A stretch of DNA of 46,318 nucleotides, taken from contig CAMJHI010000001.1 in NCBI GenBank assembly GCA_946405475.1, positions 1 through 46,318 of the forward strand, given 5' to 3'. Below, one piece after another: positions 1 to 8,090 of the stretch. This DNA comes from an uncultured Clostridia bacterium. Its GTDB lineage: Bacteria; Bacillota; Clostridia; Oscillospirales; Acutalibacteraceae. Position 1 is the stretch's first letter, and each line of letters begins with the position of its first letter. The position numbers and the translations under genes were made by a program. The notes beneath the pieces were generated by a model. The model had not been told where the DNA came from and ran no database searches. It was given only the letters and a program-made list of their open reading frames with translations.

Positions 1-25
1 TCTTTTTATGAAAAAGATTGTATAA

Positions 26-562
26 TTATTTATTCTGCTCGATTTCTTTTTTCTGACCGCGGCTGCGGAACGCCCAGAATTTGTTGAGCACGAAATTGAG
101 CGGAATGGACACGATCAGCGGCACGATGCTCAAAATCCAGTAGGGCATTTTGCCGCCTTCGGCCACCAGAAACGACGGCAGACGGCTGACCAGCGAAGCC
201 GGCAGGGTCACGTCGCTCAGCCAGATCTTGATGGCGGGCGACAGCACCAGCCCGGTGAGCGCGTAGCAGATCACGGTTTTGAAATAGGCGTAAAGATGCT
301 GCCCGACGCTCTTGCGGTTTTCGCTTTTGAACACGAACCGGTTGTTCCAGAAATAGGAATTGGTCACGCTGACAAAAAACGCCAGCGCCGACACGATGGT
401 GATCTTCAGCTTTTCCTCCATGGCGGAATGGCGGAACACCACGTAATAAAACAGCTGATCGATGCCGTAGGAGATCGCCGTGTTGGACACGCCGACCAGA
501 CCGAACTTGATGAATTGGATCAAGGTTGCCCCGAGCCCTTTTTTCTCTGTTTTTTCAGCCAT
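26..562 (-). CDS. GtrA family membrane protein
   Basis: ORF 26..622. The best start is ATG at 562 (MAEKTEKK...), preceded by a GGAGAAG SD. The motif FIKFGLVGVSNTAISYGIDQ and about 4 hydrophobic helices are typical of GtrA-like proteins. Confidence 0.8.
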   Translation of the reverse strand: MAEKTEKKGLGATLIQFIKFGLVGVSNTAISYGIDQLFYYVVFRHSAMEEKLKITIVSALAFFVSVTNSYFWNNRFVFKSENRKSVGQHLYAYFKTVICYALTGLVLSPAIKIWLSDVTLPASLVSRLPSFLVAEGGKMPYWILSIVPLIVSIPLNFVLNKFWAFRSRGQKKEIEQNK

Positions 563-593
563 TGTTCTTCTCCAAACCTGTGTTGTCAGCAGT

Positions 594-622
594 ATTATAG
601 CAGATGGCGGCCGACTTTTCAA
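594..622 (-). promoter_or_regulatory. sigma-A type promoter for the gtrA-like gene
   Basis: The minus strand reads TTGAAA-17 nt-TATAAT, about 30 nt upstream of the ATG at 562. Confidence 0.55.
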
Positions 623-763
623 ATGCTTTTACGGCTTTCTGTAACCGTTTTGCAACCAACGCCGGATGGAATGACAGAACTGTAGCCTTTTGTCACCGCT
701 TTGTGGTAATCTTTGCGATGAAAACGGGGTAAAATACGCACAAAGGAAAGAGGAGTGAGGGCC

Positions 764-889
764 ATGAGAAACTATGTGAAGAAGAACCGGGACACGATCC
801 TGCCGCTGGGCATCGCTTCGGCGGTGATGAGCCTGATCGTTGCCGTTGCCGCCGTGTTGAGTGAGATCTCACCCGCCGCCGTGCTTTAA
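764..889 (+). CDS. hypothetical 41-aa single-pass membrane peptide
   Basis: Not in the ORF track because it is under 60 aa. ATG at 764 lies 8 nt after an AGGAG SD. Translation is MRNYVKKNRDTILPLGIASAVMSLIVAVAAVLSEISPAAVL: a basic N-terminus followed by one hydrophobic helix. A strong hairpin terminator follows at 912..941. Confidence 0.4.
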   Translation: MRNYVKKNRDTILPLGIASAVMSLIVAVAAVLSEISPAAVL

Positions 890-911
890 CGGAAACCGCT
901 CCTGTGAAAAA

Positions 912-941
912 GGCGCTGTGAAGCCAAAGCTTCGCGGCGCC
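912..941. terminator. bidirectional rho-independent terminator
   Basis: 13-bp GC-rich stem (GGCGCTGTGAAGC / GCTTCGCGGCGCC) with a CAAA loop. It is flanked by an A-run (906-911) and a T-run (942-946). It sits between the small + strand ORF and the DUF4097 stop codon at 950. Confidence 0.7.
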
Positions 942-949
942 TTTTTGGT

Positions 950-1927
950 TCAGATTTGCGAAACAGTGAACTTGATATTGCCCGTATCGGTAACGATCTT
1001 GCATTTGCCGCCGGTCGTCGTCTCGGGCACGTCGATGCGCCCCGTATCGCTTTGTGCCACAAAGACTTTCGGCGTAAGCAGGGAACCGGTCACGTCACCC
1101 GTGTTCGTTGTGATCAGCAATTCGGCGGCGTCGCACCGATCCAGATCCACGTCGCCCGTGCTGCGCTCAACCGTGATCGTTTCCGCGGCGACGACGTGAT
1201 CCAGAAGCAGCTCGCCCGTGCTTCCTTTTGAAAGAAGGCTTTGGCAGGAAACGTCTTTCAGGTGCGTTTCGCCGGTGCTGACGCTGACCTGAACGGCGCC
1301 CTCGCAGACGACGGAATGAACGTCCACCCGCCCCGTTGAAGCGGCAAGTTCGAGCGCCGAGGCCGAGATATTCTTACAGCAAATCTCACCCGTATCGGTT
1401 TCAATGCGGATCGGTCCGGAAGAAGAGGCAAAGCAGTTCACGTTTCCGGTGTAGGAACCCATTTCAATGCTCTCAAATGAAAAATCCTTCGGCAGCATCG
1501 TATTCCCTGCTTCTGCATAAAGAGAGCCGTATGACGTCTTCGGCAGATAAACCGTGACCCGCGGCGTATGAGAAGAGAAGAGCGTGATGTGTTCATACCA
1601 TTCTCTTATATCGGCCAGCGTGATGAAAAGTGTTTCGTCGTCCACCTCCACGATATTCAGCAGCTTTTCCTCTTCTTCATAAAACGCAACGCTGCATTGT
1701 TCGTCCGTGGTCGGAAGAAAGGAGACGTCTTCTGTTTCGCAGTGGATCACAATATTCTGAAAATCTTCGTTTACGACGATTGTGCGGGTCTCACGCGCTT
1801 CGTAATGCGGCCCGGAAAGGGCGGCAAAATCCCAATGGATCTGCGACATGGCGGCGCAGAAGACCGCGCCCCCGACGACGATGAGAAAAGCTGCTGTGAT
1901 CAGCCAGATTTTAGTTGCCCGCTTCAT
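950..1927 (-). CDS. DUF4097 family beta-strand repeat protein (LiaG/YvlB-like, N-terminal membrane anchor)
   Basis: ORF 950..1948. ATG at 1927 (MKRATKIWLITAAFLIVVGG...) lies 7 nt after an AAGGAGG SD. It has an N-terminal TM helix and repetitive TGD/TGR...V beta-strand repeats. It is the last gene of a PadR-DUF1700-DUF4097 operon. Confidence 0.8.
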   Translation of the reverse strand: MKRATKIWLITAAFLIVVGGAVFCAAMSQIHWDFAALSGPHYEARETRTIVVNEDFQNIVIHCETEDVSFLPTTDEQCSVAFYEEEEKLLNIVEVDDETLFITLADIREWYEHITLFSSHTPRVTVYLPKTSYGSLYAEAGNTMLPKDFSFESIEMGSYTGNVNCFASSSGPIRIETDTGEICCKNISASALELAASTGRVDVHSVVCEGAVQVSVSTGETHLKDVSCQSLLSKGSTGELLLDHVVAAETITVERSTGDVDLDRCDAAELLITTNTGDVTGSLLTPKVFVAQSDTGRIDVPETTTGGKCKIVTDTGNIKFTVSQI

Positions 1928-2513
1928 GCTGCATCCTCCTTTCTGCAAACCATGATTTGATGTACCGCGTGATTCGTTTCGTCAAAGCGCAGCCGCCTTT
2001 GGTGGCGGCCCGGCAGCCGAAAAACAGGAAAACCGCCAAGCCGGCCAGAACCAGCCCCGCGCCGAACAGCACCAGTTTGCGCACGCCGCCGTGCATCAAA
2101 AACAAAACGCCCGCGGCTGCGCCGATCAGGAAGCCGCCGATCAGCGCGAGCTCAACCACCCACAGCGAAAGGATCACGACCCAGACCGTCAGGAAAGCGG
2201 TGAGAACGGCGGCAAACGCCGCCGCCAGAACGGAAAGCCACAAGGGCGAACCCAGCACCAACAGAACGACCTCCCACGCCCGCAAACGACGCTTCGGCCG
2301 AGACTTATCCTCGTCGGGCGGCGTTTCCTCAATCAACTGCGCCGCGATGGCGTCGACGGAGCCTATCTCGGCCACGGCTTCTTCCTCCGAAAGCCCGTCT
2401 TCCATTCTGTCATCGATCATTTCGCTGTAAAACGTCAGCCGTTCCTCGACGTCCTCCCGCGGCAAGCCGGATAACCCGTCTCTGAGCCGGTCAAGAAAAG
2501 CCTGTTTATTCAT
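1911..2513 (-). CDS. DUF1700 domain membrane protein (LftS-like PadR partner)
   Basis: Start ATG at 2513 (MNKQAFLDRLRDGLSGLPREDVEERLTFYSEMIDD...), which is the DUF1700 signature N-terminus. The C-terminal part contains TM helices. It overlaps both neighbouring genes. Confidence 0.8.
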   Translation of the reverse strand: MNKQAFLDRLRDGLSGLPREDVEERLTFYSEMIDDRMEDGLSEEEAVAEIGSVDAIAAQLIEETPPDEDKSRPKRRLRAWEVVLLVLGSPLWLSVLAAAFAAVLTAFLTVWVVILSLWVVELALIGGFLIGAAAGVLFLMHGGVRKLVLFGAGLVLAGLAVFLFFGCRAATKGGCALTKRITRYIKSWFAERRMQHEAGN

Positions 2514-2826
2514 GACTGTGATCCTCCTTTGTAACAAACCGATAAATGGACTCGATCTCCTTCCAATCCCGCTTGAAATCTTCGATCCGCCGCAAACCCG
2601 CATCCGTGATGTGATAATACTTTCTCAGCCTGCCGCCGTGTTCGGCGCTGTGAACGGTCAGCATACCCGCCGTTTCCAGCCGCTTGAGGATCGTGTAAAG
2701 CGTCGATTCGGAAAGCTCCAGATAAGGCTTCATATCCTTGATGATCTGATAGCCGTAGGAATCCTCGCTCTTGATCGCGGCCAGCACGCAGACGTCCAGC
2801 AGACCGCGCTTGAGTTGAATATCCAT
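2506..2826 (-). CDS. PadR family transcriptional regulator
   Basis: 106 aa. The winged-helix signature reads LDVCVLAAIKSEDSYGYQIIKDM...STLYTILKRLETAGML...RKYYHITDAG. Confidence 0.9.
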   Translation of the reverse strand: MDIQLKRGLLDVCVLAAIKSEDSYGYQIIKDMKPYLELSESTLYTILKRLETAGMLTVHSAEHGGRLRKYYHITDAGLRRIEDFKRDWKEIESIYRFVTKEDHSHE

Positions 2827-2850
2827 CCTATACCTCCCCTCGCGTTATAC

Positions 2851-2879
2851 ATCGTAACACGAAGTATTAAAGCTGTCAA
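2851..2879 (-). promoter_or_regulatory. sigma-A type promoter of the PadR operon
   Basis: The minus strand reads TTGACA-17 nt-TACGAT with a TGn extended -10 element, about 25 nt upstream of the padR ATG. Confidence 0.55.
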
Positions 2880-2902
2880 GAGGGAAATTGGATAATCCGA
2901 AC

Positions 2903-2940
2903 AAAAAAGAGGGGACGGCTTCTTAACGAAGCGCCCCCTC
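2903..2940 (-). terminator. rho-independent terminator after glmS
   Basis: Imperfect GC-rich hairpin GAGGGGGCGCTTCGTTAAGAAGCCGTCCCCTC followed by TTTTTT on the minus strand, 14 nt after the glmS stop codon. Confidence 0.7.
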
Positions 2941-2953
2941 AGGAGTATCGTTG

Positions 2954-4726
2954 CTATTCCACGGTCACGGATTTGGCTAAATTGCGCGGTTTGTCGATGT
3001 CGCAGCCCAGACGGCGGGCGGCGTAATAGCTGAGCAATTGCATCGGGATGACCGCGACGCTCACGGCGAACAGCTCGGGCACCTGCGGCAGCCGGAGCAG
3101 CGACTGCGCCCGGATATCGTCGGTCAGCGAAACCGCCGTCACCGCCGCTCCCCTTGCCCGCAGCTCGTCGATATTGCTCTGCATTCTGGCGTTGAGCGCT
3201 TCGTTCAGGCAGAAAGCGAACACCGGCGTTCCCGCGTGGATGAGTGAGATCGTGCCGTGCTTCATTTCCCCCGCCGGAACGCTCTGCGCCGGCAGATAGC
3301 TGACCTCCTTGAGCTTGAGCGCAGCCTCCATCGCCGCCGCGGCGCCCTGCCCCCGCCCGACGAAAAAGACCGGTTCCCCCGCCGGCAGCGTTTCGGCCAG
3401 TTCCCGCATCCGCCTTTCGCATGGCAGCGCCTCCTCGACGGCGGCAGGCAGGCGGCTGAGTTCTTTTTTCAGCCTTTCGATCCGCTGCCCGGGCGCGGTC
3501 TGCCACCGTTCGGCCAGCGCCAGCCCGATGGCATAGACCGCCGCGAGCTGCGCCACATACGCCTTGGTGGTGGCGACCGCCACTTCAACGCCCGCTTTGG
3601 TGTAAAACACATGATCGCTTTCCGCCGCGATAGTGCTGTGCGGCACGTTGACGATCGACAGCACCGGCACACCCTGCCGTTTGCTTTCGCGCAGCGCCGC
3701 GAGCGTGTCGGCCGTTTCGCCGCTCTGGCTGACGGTCACGACCAACGAGCCTTCGGGCAGCGGCAGGGTGCGGCTGCGGAATTCCGAGGCGATGCCAACC
3801 TCGACCGGCACGCCGAGCAGCTCCTCCCAGACGAATTTGGCCGCTTCGCCCACGTGATAGGCAGAACCGCACGCCGTGATAAAAATGCGGCTTGGCTTGT
3901 CAAACGCCGCCGCATCAAACGCCCCGGCCGCCTGCACCGTGCGGCGCACGGCGGACGGCGTTTCGTGGATCTCTTTGAGCATGAAGTGCTCGTACCCGCC
4001 TTTTTCCGCCGTCGCCTGCACCCGGTCGAAGGGCTCCGGCTGCTTGTCGACCGGCGACAAATCAAACGTATAGAAGTCGACCGAGTTCCGGTGAACGGCC
4101 GCGATCTCACCGTCCGCCAGCCGGTAAAGCGTCTGTATGCGGTCGGCAAACGCCGACAGATCCGACGCGGCCAGACCGCCGTCCTCCCCGAGCCCCACTA
4201 GAAGCGGGCTCGACCGGCGCACGCAAAAGAGCGTGTCGGGCGCATCCGCGCACAAAACGGCAAGAGCAAACGAGCCCGCCAGCAGATCGGCCGTTTTCGC
4301 CACGGTCTGAAGCGGATCGCCGTTATAAAGGCGGTTGAGAAGCTGCGCGATCACCTCGCTGTCGGTCTCGCTCGAAAACGGGCACAGGCGCAGATATTTA
4401 TCCCGCAGCGCGCCGTCGTTTTCCAGAATGCCGTTATGCACCACGGAAAACCGGCCGCAGGTGTGCGGGTGGGCGTTTTCGTCGCTCGGCTCGCCTTTTG
4501 TTGCCCAGCGGGTGTGACCGATCCCGAGCGTGCCTGTGAACGGCGGCAGGCGGTCAAGCTTTTCGATGAGCGCGTCCACCCGGCCGCGGCATTTGACGGT
4601 TCTGATGCCGTCTGATTCCAGCACAGCCACACCCGCCGAATCATAGCCCCGGTATTCCAGCCGTTTCAATCCGTCAAGCAGCACGGGCGCCGCCATGCAG
4701 CCGTTGACGCCGATAATTCCGCACAT
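2954..4726 (-). CDS. glmS: glutamine--fructose-6-phosphate aminotransferase (isomerizing)
   Basis: The start is the canonical MCGIIG (Cys2 nucleophile) at 4726, after a GAGGTGAT SD. Two SIS domains follow, and the protein ends ...LAKSVTVE. The 824-aa ORF in the track is an upstream read-through artefact. Confidence 0.95.
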   Translation of the reverse strand: MCGIIGVNGCMAAPVLLDGLKRLEYRGYDSAGVAVLESDGIRTVKCRGRVDALIEKLDRLPPFTGTLGIGHTRWATKGEPSDENAHPHTCGRFSVVHNGILENDGALRDKYLRLCPFSSETDSEVIAQLLNRLYNGDPLQTVAKTADLLAGSFALAVLCADAPDTLFCVRRSSPLLVGLGEDGGLAASDLSAFADRIQTLYRLADGEIAAVHRNSVDFYTFDLSPVDKQPEPFDRVQATAEKGGYEHFMLKEIHETPSAVRRTVQAAGAFDAAAFDKPSRIFITACGSAYHVGEAAKFVWEELLGVPVEVGIASEFRSRTLPLPEGSLVVTVSQSGETADTLAALRESKRQGVPVLSIVNVPHSTIAAESDHVFYTKAGVEVAVATTKAYVAQLAAVYAIGLALAERWQTAPGQRIERLKKELSRLPAAVEEALPCERRMRELAETLPAGEPVFFVGRGQGAAAAMEAALKLKEVSYLPAQSVPAGEMKHGTISLIHAGTPVFAFCLNEALNARMQSNIDELRARGAAVTAVSLTDDIRAQSLLRLPQVPELFAVSVAVIPMQLLSYYAARRLGCDIDKPRNLAKSVTVE

Positions 4727-4831
4727 GACCATCACCTCAAAAAGAATTTCTGATTTATTTTGCGTCGGTTTGATTAAATTTATGCCCGGCGGCGTATAAA
4801 TAGAAGGAAGCGTGAGAAAAGAGGTCATTGC

Positions 4832-5614
4832 ATGAAAATCGTAACCGAACCGATGGATTACACCCTGCTGCGCCGCCGCGTTTACCGCTGCCGCGAGCTG
4901 TTCCCTTTCGCCGGGTTTTCCGCCGTGGGGCGAAGCTGGAACGGGCGGGCGCTGTTTGCGCTCAGGCTGGGCGAGCCGACCGACGCCGTGCTGATGCTCG
5001 GCGGCTTTGACGGGCGGGACGATCTGACGCCGCGGCTGCTGCTGAACTTTTTTGAAAAGCTCTGCCGCCGCTACGCCGAGGACGCCGCGCTGGCGGATAT
5101 CCGGATCCGCTCGCTGTTGGCGGACAGGGGCGTGACGATCCTTCCCTGCGTCAACCCCGACGGGCTGGCGCAAAAGCAGACAGGCAACGCGCACGGGGTG
5201 AATCTGGCCGAAAACTTCAAGCCGCACTGGGCCGAGCGAAGGCGGCTGACGCAGGACGATGAAACCCTGTTCGCGGGCAGCGTGCCGGAAAGCGAGCCGG
5301 AAACGAGAGCCCTGCTCGGCGCGTGCCGCCGCGGCGATTTCCGGCATATGCTGGTATTGGGGCGGGGCGACAACACGGTGAGCGCCTATGCGCCGGACAG
5401 CCCGCATCAAACGGCGCAGCTGATGCAAAAGGTGTTTTGCGCCGTGGGCGGACTGACCGCGCAGCCGCCTTGCTTTTCACCCGGCCGGTTCTGCGGCGCG
5501 GCCGAACAGTTTGAGGCGGAATTCGGCCGCCCCGCCTTCTGCTGGGGGCTGAACGAAGCCGACGGCGCCGCCGCGGCCCGGGAGGAGGCGCTGATTCTGT
5601 CCTGCCTGATGTAG
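4832..5614 (+). CDS. M14 family (gamma-D-glutamyl-meso-diaminopimelate peptidase-like) protein, variant metal site
   Basis: Matches M14 blocks: GRSWNGRALFALRLG, ILPCVNPDG, GVNLAENF and PESEPETRAL. The HxxE block reads GGFDGRDDLT where GGxHxxExxT is expected. Confidence 0.7.
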   Translation: MKIVTEPMDYTLLRRRVYRCRELFPFAGFSAVGRSWNGRALFALRLGEPTDAVLMLGGFDGRDDLTPRLLLNFFEKLCRRYAEDAALADIRIRSLLADRGVTILPCVNPDGLAQKQTGNAHGVNLAENFKPHWAERRRLTQDDETLFAGSVPESEPETRALLGACRRGDFRHMLVLGRGDNTVSAYAPDSPHQTAQLMQKVFCAVGGLTAQPPCFSPGRFCGAAEQFEAEFGRPAFCWGLNEADGAAAAREEALILSCLM

Positions 5615-5721
5615 CACGCCTCATTTTTGGTGATTTGAAACAAAAATGTTAGTTATTTTAATAAAATTTAAGAAACAATTTCGTCAGAGTGCCCAAACTT
5701 TTCCGGTCAGGCCGAAACAAC

Positions 5722-5750
5722 TTGAAAACGCGCGCGAAATCTATTATAAT
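5722..5750 (+). promoter_or_regulatory. consensus sigma-A promoter of the secreted-protein gene
   Basis: TTGAAA (5722-5727), a 17-nt spacer, then TATAAT (5745-5750). This leaves a roughly 60-nt leader with a hairpin and a GAAGGGAG SD before the ATG at 5818. Confidence 0.65.
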
Positions 5751-5817
5751 AATGGTGCATATTGGTGAGGTTGCGCATCTTACCAATGGCAAAATATTAT
5801 GAAGGGAGCGATCCTCT

Positions 5818-7392
5818 ATGCAGAAGATCATTGCTGCGCTCTTGGCATTCATCATGTCATTCCTGGGCATTCTTCCGGCTGTACAGCCCGCCGACGCATA
5901 CACCCAGGCAGAGTGGTACGCAAAAGTAGCAGAGGAATTCGGACTCGTCACCGCTGAAAACGGCGATGCGATCCAGGCCTGCTATGATCAAGGTGTTCTG
6001 GTCGGTGAATACGACGCGGATGCTGCTGTTACGAATTTCGTCGTTGGCGAATCTCTGGCAGTTGCCGCCGGTCTGATCACTGACGCCGCAACCGCCGAGG
6101 ATAAACTCGAGGTTGCTGTCGACGCCGGCATTGTTACCGTTAAGGTATCTCTGTTCGGCAAAGCAAAGGAAGTCGTCATTGACAAAGCCGCTGCTGACGC
6201 TGCTTTCGCCGTTGCCCTCAAGGCACGCGAAGCCAGATTCAGCAACATCAACCCCGACAACAATGTTGTGGTTGACCAGCAGGGCAATGAAGGCAACCTG
6301 AACAGCATGAGCATCAGCGCTGACGGTCTCGGCCTTATGGCTACTGACGGCAGCGTCATCGCTCAGGATGACATCGGCTATCTCCACTATGAAGCGAACG
6401 TTAAGCCGTTTGCCGACACCGAGAAAGCCAACGTCACCCTCAACGGTCAGTCTCTCCTTGAGAAAATCAAGGGCAGCTTCAACCTTGGCCCCGTCAAGGT
6501 CAGCTTTGCTGTGAAAGACGACGGTTTTGACGTTTCTGTCGGCGGAAACATCAAGGGCGTCAACCTGACCAAGAAGTACGAAGTCCGCAACTTTGACGTC
6601 ACCACCAAGTTCGACGGCGATCTTGCCAAAAAGCAGATCAACGAAGCCTTCCTGCTTCTGGATTACGACGTCACCGATCGCACCACCGTTTCCGGCTCCT
6701 ATGCCGCTTCTCTGGCCGAAAAGGCTCTGAGAGATATGGAACCCGGTGAAGACGATCACGATTTCTTCACCCGCGTGAAGAACGGTATGTCCACGGTTGC
6801 TCTTACCTCCGGCGCTGACTCCGTCATCCCGGTGTTCACCATGGATATTCCGATCCCGAACTGCCCGGCCATCACCGTCGGCATCACCGCTGCTGTGGTG
6901 ATCCGCTTCGACGGCAGCATCGAGCTTGTTCTCACCTCTTCTCAGCAGAAGGGTATCGAAATCATCAACAACAAAGTCAGAACCATCAGCAACGAAGATG
7001 CTACCGGTTCTCAGCTTAACGCTCAGGCTCGCGTTGAAGCGACTCTTCGCGTCGGCGCCAGCGTCAAAGTCGTTAAGATCGTTGTGATCGATATCGCTGT
7101 GGAAGCTGGTCTCGGCGTTAAGGTTACTGTGAATGTGACCAGCGGCGCTGACAAGTACACCATCGATATCCCGGTTGACTTCCTGATGGATCCCACCGTC
7201 GTTTACCCGACGCTGGAAGGCATCACCGCAGTCGGCAACGTCAAGATGTACGGCATTGTTAAGATCTCTGTCGGTCTTGAATCCCCGCTGCTGAAGGTCC
7301 TCAACCTGCACAAGACCTGGACCCTCGTTGATGAAAGCAACGGCACGTTCCTTGACAAAGACTTCACCATCTACGGCGGTCAGGCTGCGTAA
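5818..7392 (+). CDS. secreted acidic beta-rich protein of unknown function (candidate cell-surface/S-layer-like protein)
   Basis: Signal peptide MQKIIAALLAFIMSFLGILPAVQPADA|YT. 524 aa, rich in V/A/D/G/T/K, with only 2 Cys after the signal. Monocistronic, lying between a consensus promoter and a strong terminator. I recognise no family. Confidence 0.75.
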   Translation: MQKIIAALLAFIMSFLGILPAVQPADAYTQAEWYAKVAEEFGLVTAENGDAIQACYDQGVLVGEYDADAAVTNFVVGESLAVAAGLITDAATAEDKLEVAVDAGIVTVKVSLFGKAKEVVIDKAAADAAFAVALKAREARFSNINPDNNVVVDQQGNEGNLNSMSISADGLGLMATDGSVIAQDDIGYLHYEANVKPFADTEKANVTLNGQSLLEKIKGSFNLGPVKVSFAVKDDGFDVSVGGNIKGVNLTKKYEVRNFDVTTKFDGDLAKKQINEAFLLLDYDVTDRTTVSGSYAASLAEKALRDMEPGEDDHDFFTRVKNGMSTVALTSGADSVIPVFTMDIPIPNCPAITVGITAAVVIRFDGSIELVLTSSQQKGIEIINNKVRTISNEDATGSQLNAQARVEATLRVGASVKVVKIVVIDIAVEAGLGVKVTVNVTSGADKYTIDIPVDFLMDPTVVYPTLEGITAVGNVKMYGIVKISVGLESPLLKVLNLHKTWTLVDESNGTFLDKDFTIYGGQAA

Positions 7393-7410
7393 TTTCAGCT
7401 AAACCAACGG

Positions 7411-7445
7411 GAGGCGCCCTTCGTGAGAAGGACGCCTCTTTTTTT
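7411..7445 (+). terminator. rho-independent terminator
   Basis: GAGGCGCCCTTC-GTGA-GAAGGACGCCTC hairpin followed by 7 T, 19 nt after the stop codon. Confidence 0.85.
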
Positions 7446-7510
7446 ATGAAGCCGATAGCCGAAGTCAGAAGTCAGTTGTCAGCGGATTTTCGGGCCGCTT
7501 TGCTGCGATC

Positions 7511-7546
7511 AAAAAGGCAGCGCCTCAACAAATGCAAGGCGCTGCC
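7511..7546 (-). terminator. rho-independent terminator after the flavin reductase gene
   Basis: GGCAGCGCCT...AGGCGCTGCC 10-bp stem (7516-7546) followed by TTTTT on the minus strand, 14 nt after the stop codon at 7560. Confidence 0.65.
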
Positions 7547-7559
7547 TGATTTTCTTTCT

Positions 7560-8063
7560 TCACGCTTTGACGTAGGTGCTGACGATCTGCACCACGTAGA
7601 CTCTGTGGTAATCCTTCGCGGGGTAATCGCCGTGAATGCTCTCATCCAGAAAGCCTGCGGGGTCAATGGTCTGCACCGCGAGCTTTTTGCAGATGAGGTT
7701 GACCTGCGCTTCGGCCACGCACGGCACCCCGTCCAGCTCCGTCACGGTCAGACCGGTCGCTTCAAATTTGTCAACGTCCCGCCCGCTGTTGCGACCGCAG
7801 AACATCAGCTCCTGCTTGTGTTCGCCGCCGAAAAAGCTGACGGAAAGCCGGTCGCTCTCATCGAGCAGCTCGCGGGTATAGCGCTGCGGGCGGATGAACA
7901 AAAACGCCACGTCGCGCCCCCAAAGCTCGCCCAGACCGCCCCAGCTGACGGTCATGGTGTTGGTTTTGCCCCCGGCGGAAGCGGTCACCAGCGCCCAGTC
8001 GTCACTGATGAGCTTCACGGCGGAAGCCTCGATCGAACGGATATCGGTTGGTTGGAATGCCAT
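7560..8063 (-). CDS. flavin reductase family protein (FMN-binding split barrel)
   Basis: 167 aa. LISDDWALVTA..GKTNTMTVSWGGLGELWGRDVAFLFIRPQRYT is typical of the flavin reductase-like domain. Confidence 0.8.
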   Translation of the reverse strand: MAFQPTDIRSIEASAVKLISDDWALVTASAGGKTNTMTVSWGGLGELWGRDVAFLFIRPQRYTRELLDESDRLSVSFFGGEHKQELMFCGRNSGRDVDKFEATGLTVTELDGVPCVAEAQVNLICKKLAVQTIDPAGFLDESIHGDYPAKDYHRVYVVQIVSTYVKA

Positions 8064-8090
8064 GCTACTCTCCCCTTTTGTTTTTCATCA

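Noticed and set aside
4727-4831. Looked for a glmS ribozyme upstream of glmS, as found in many Firmicutes
   Set aside because: Only ~105 nt separate glmS from the divergent gene, which is too short for the ~170-nt ribozyme. I saw none of its conserved core sequences. This absence is judged by eye only; a cmscan would be decisive.
4727-5428. N-terminal 234-aa extension of the glmS ORF (the track gives 824 aa)
   Set aside because: GlmS must begin Met-Cys (MCGIIG), and that start has a GAGGTGAT SD. The extension overlaps the divergent M14-like gene and is Arg/Pro/Ala-rich noise.
5857-7311. 484-aa minus-strand ORF
   Set aside because: Antisense to the secreted-protein gene. That gene has the promoter, SD, signal peptide and terminator, whereas this ORF has none of them.
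7461-7482. Short reiteration GAAGTCAG-AAGTCAG-TTGTCAG between two terminators
   Set aside because: Three imperfect 7-mers in a non-coding spacer, too short to distinguish from chance. It is not repeated elsewhere in the window.
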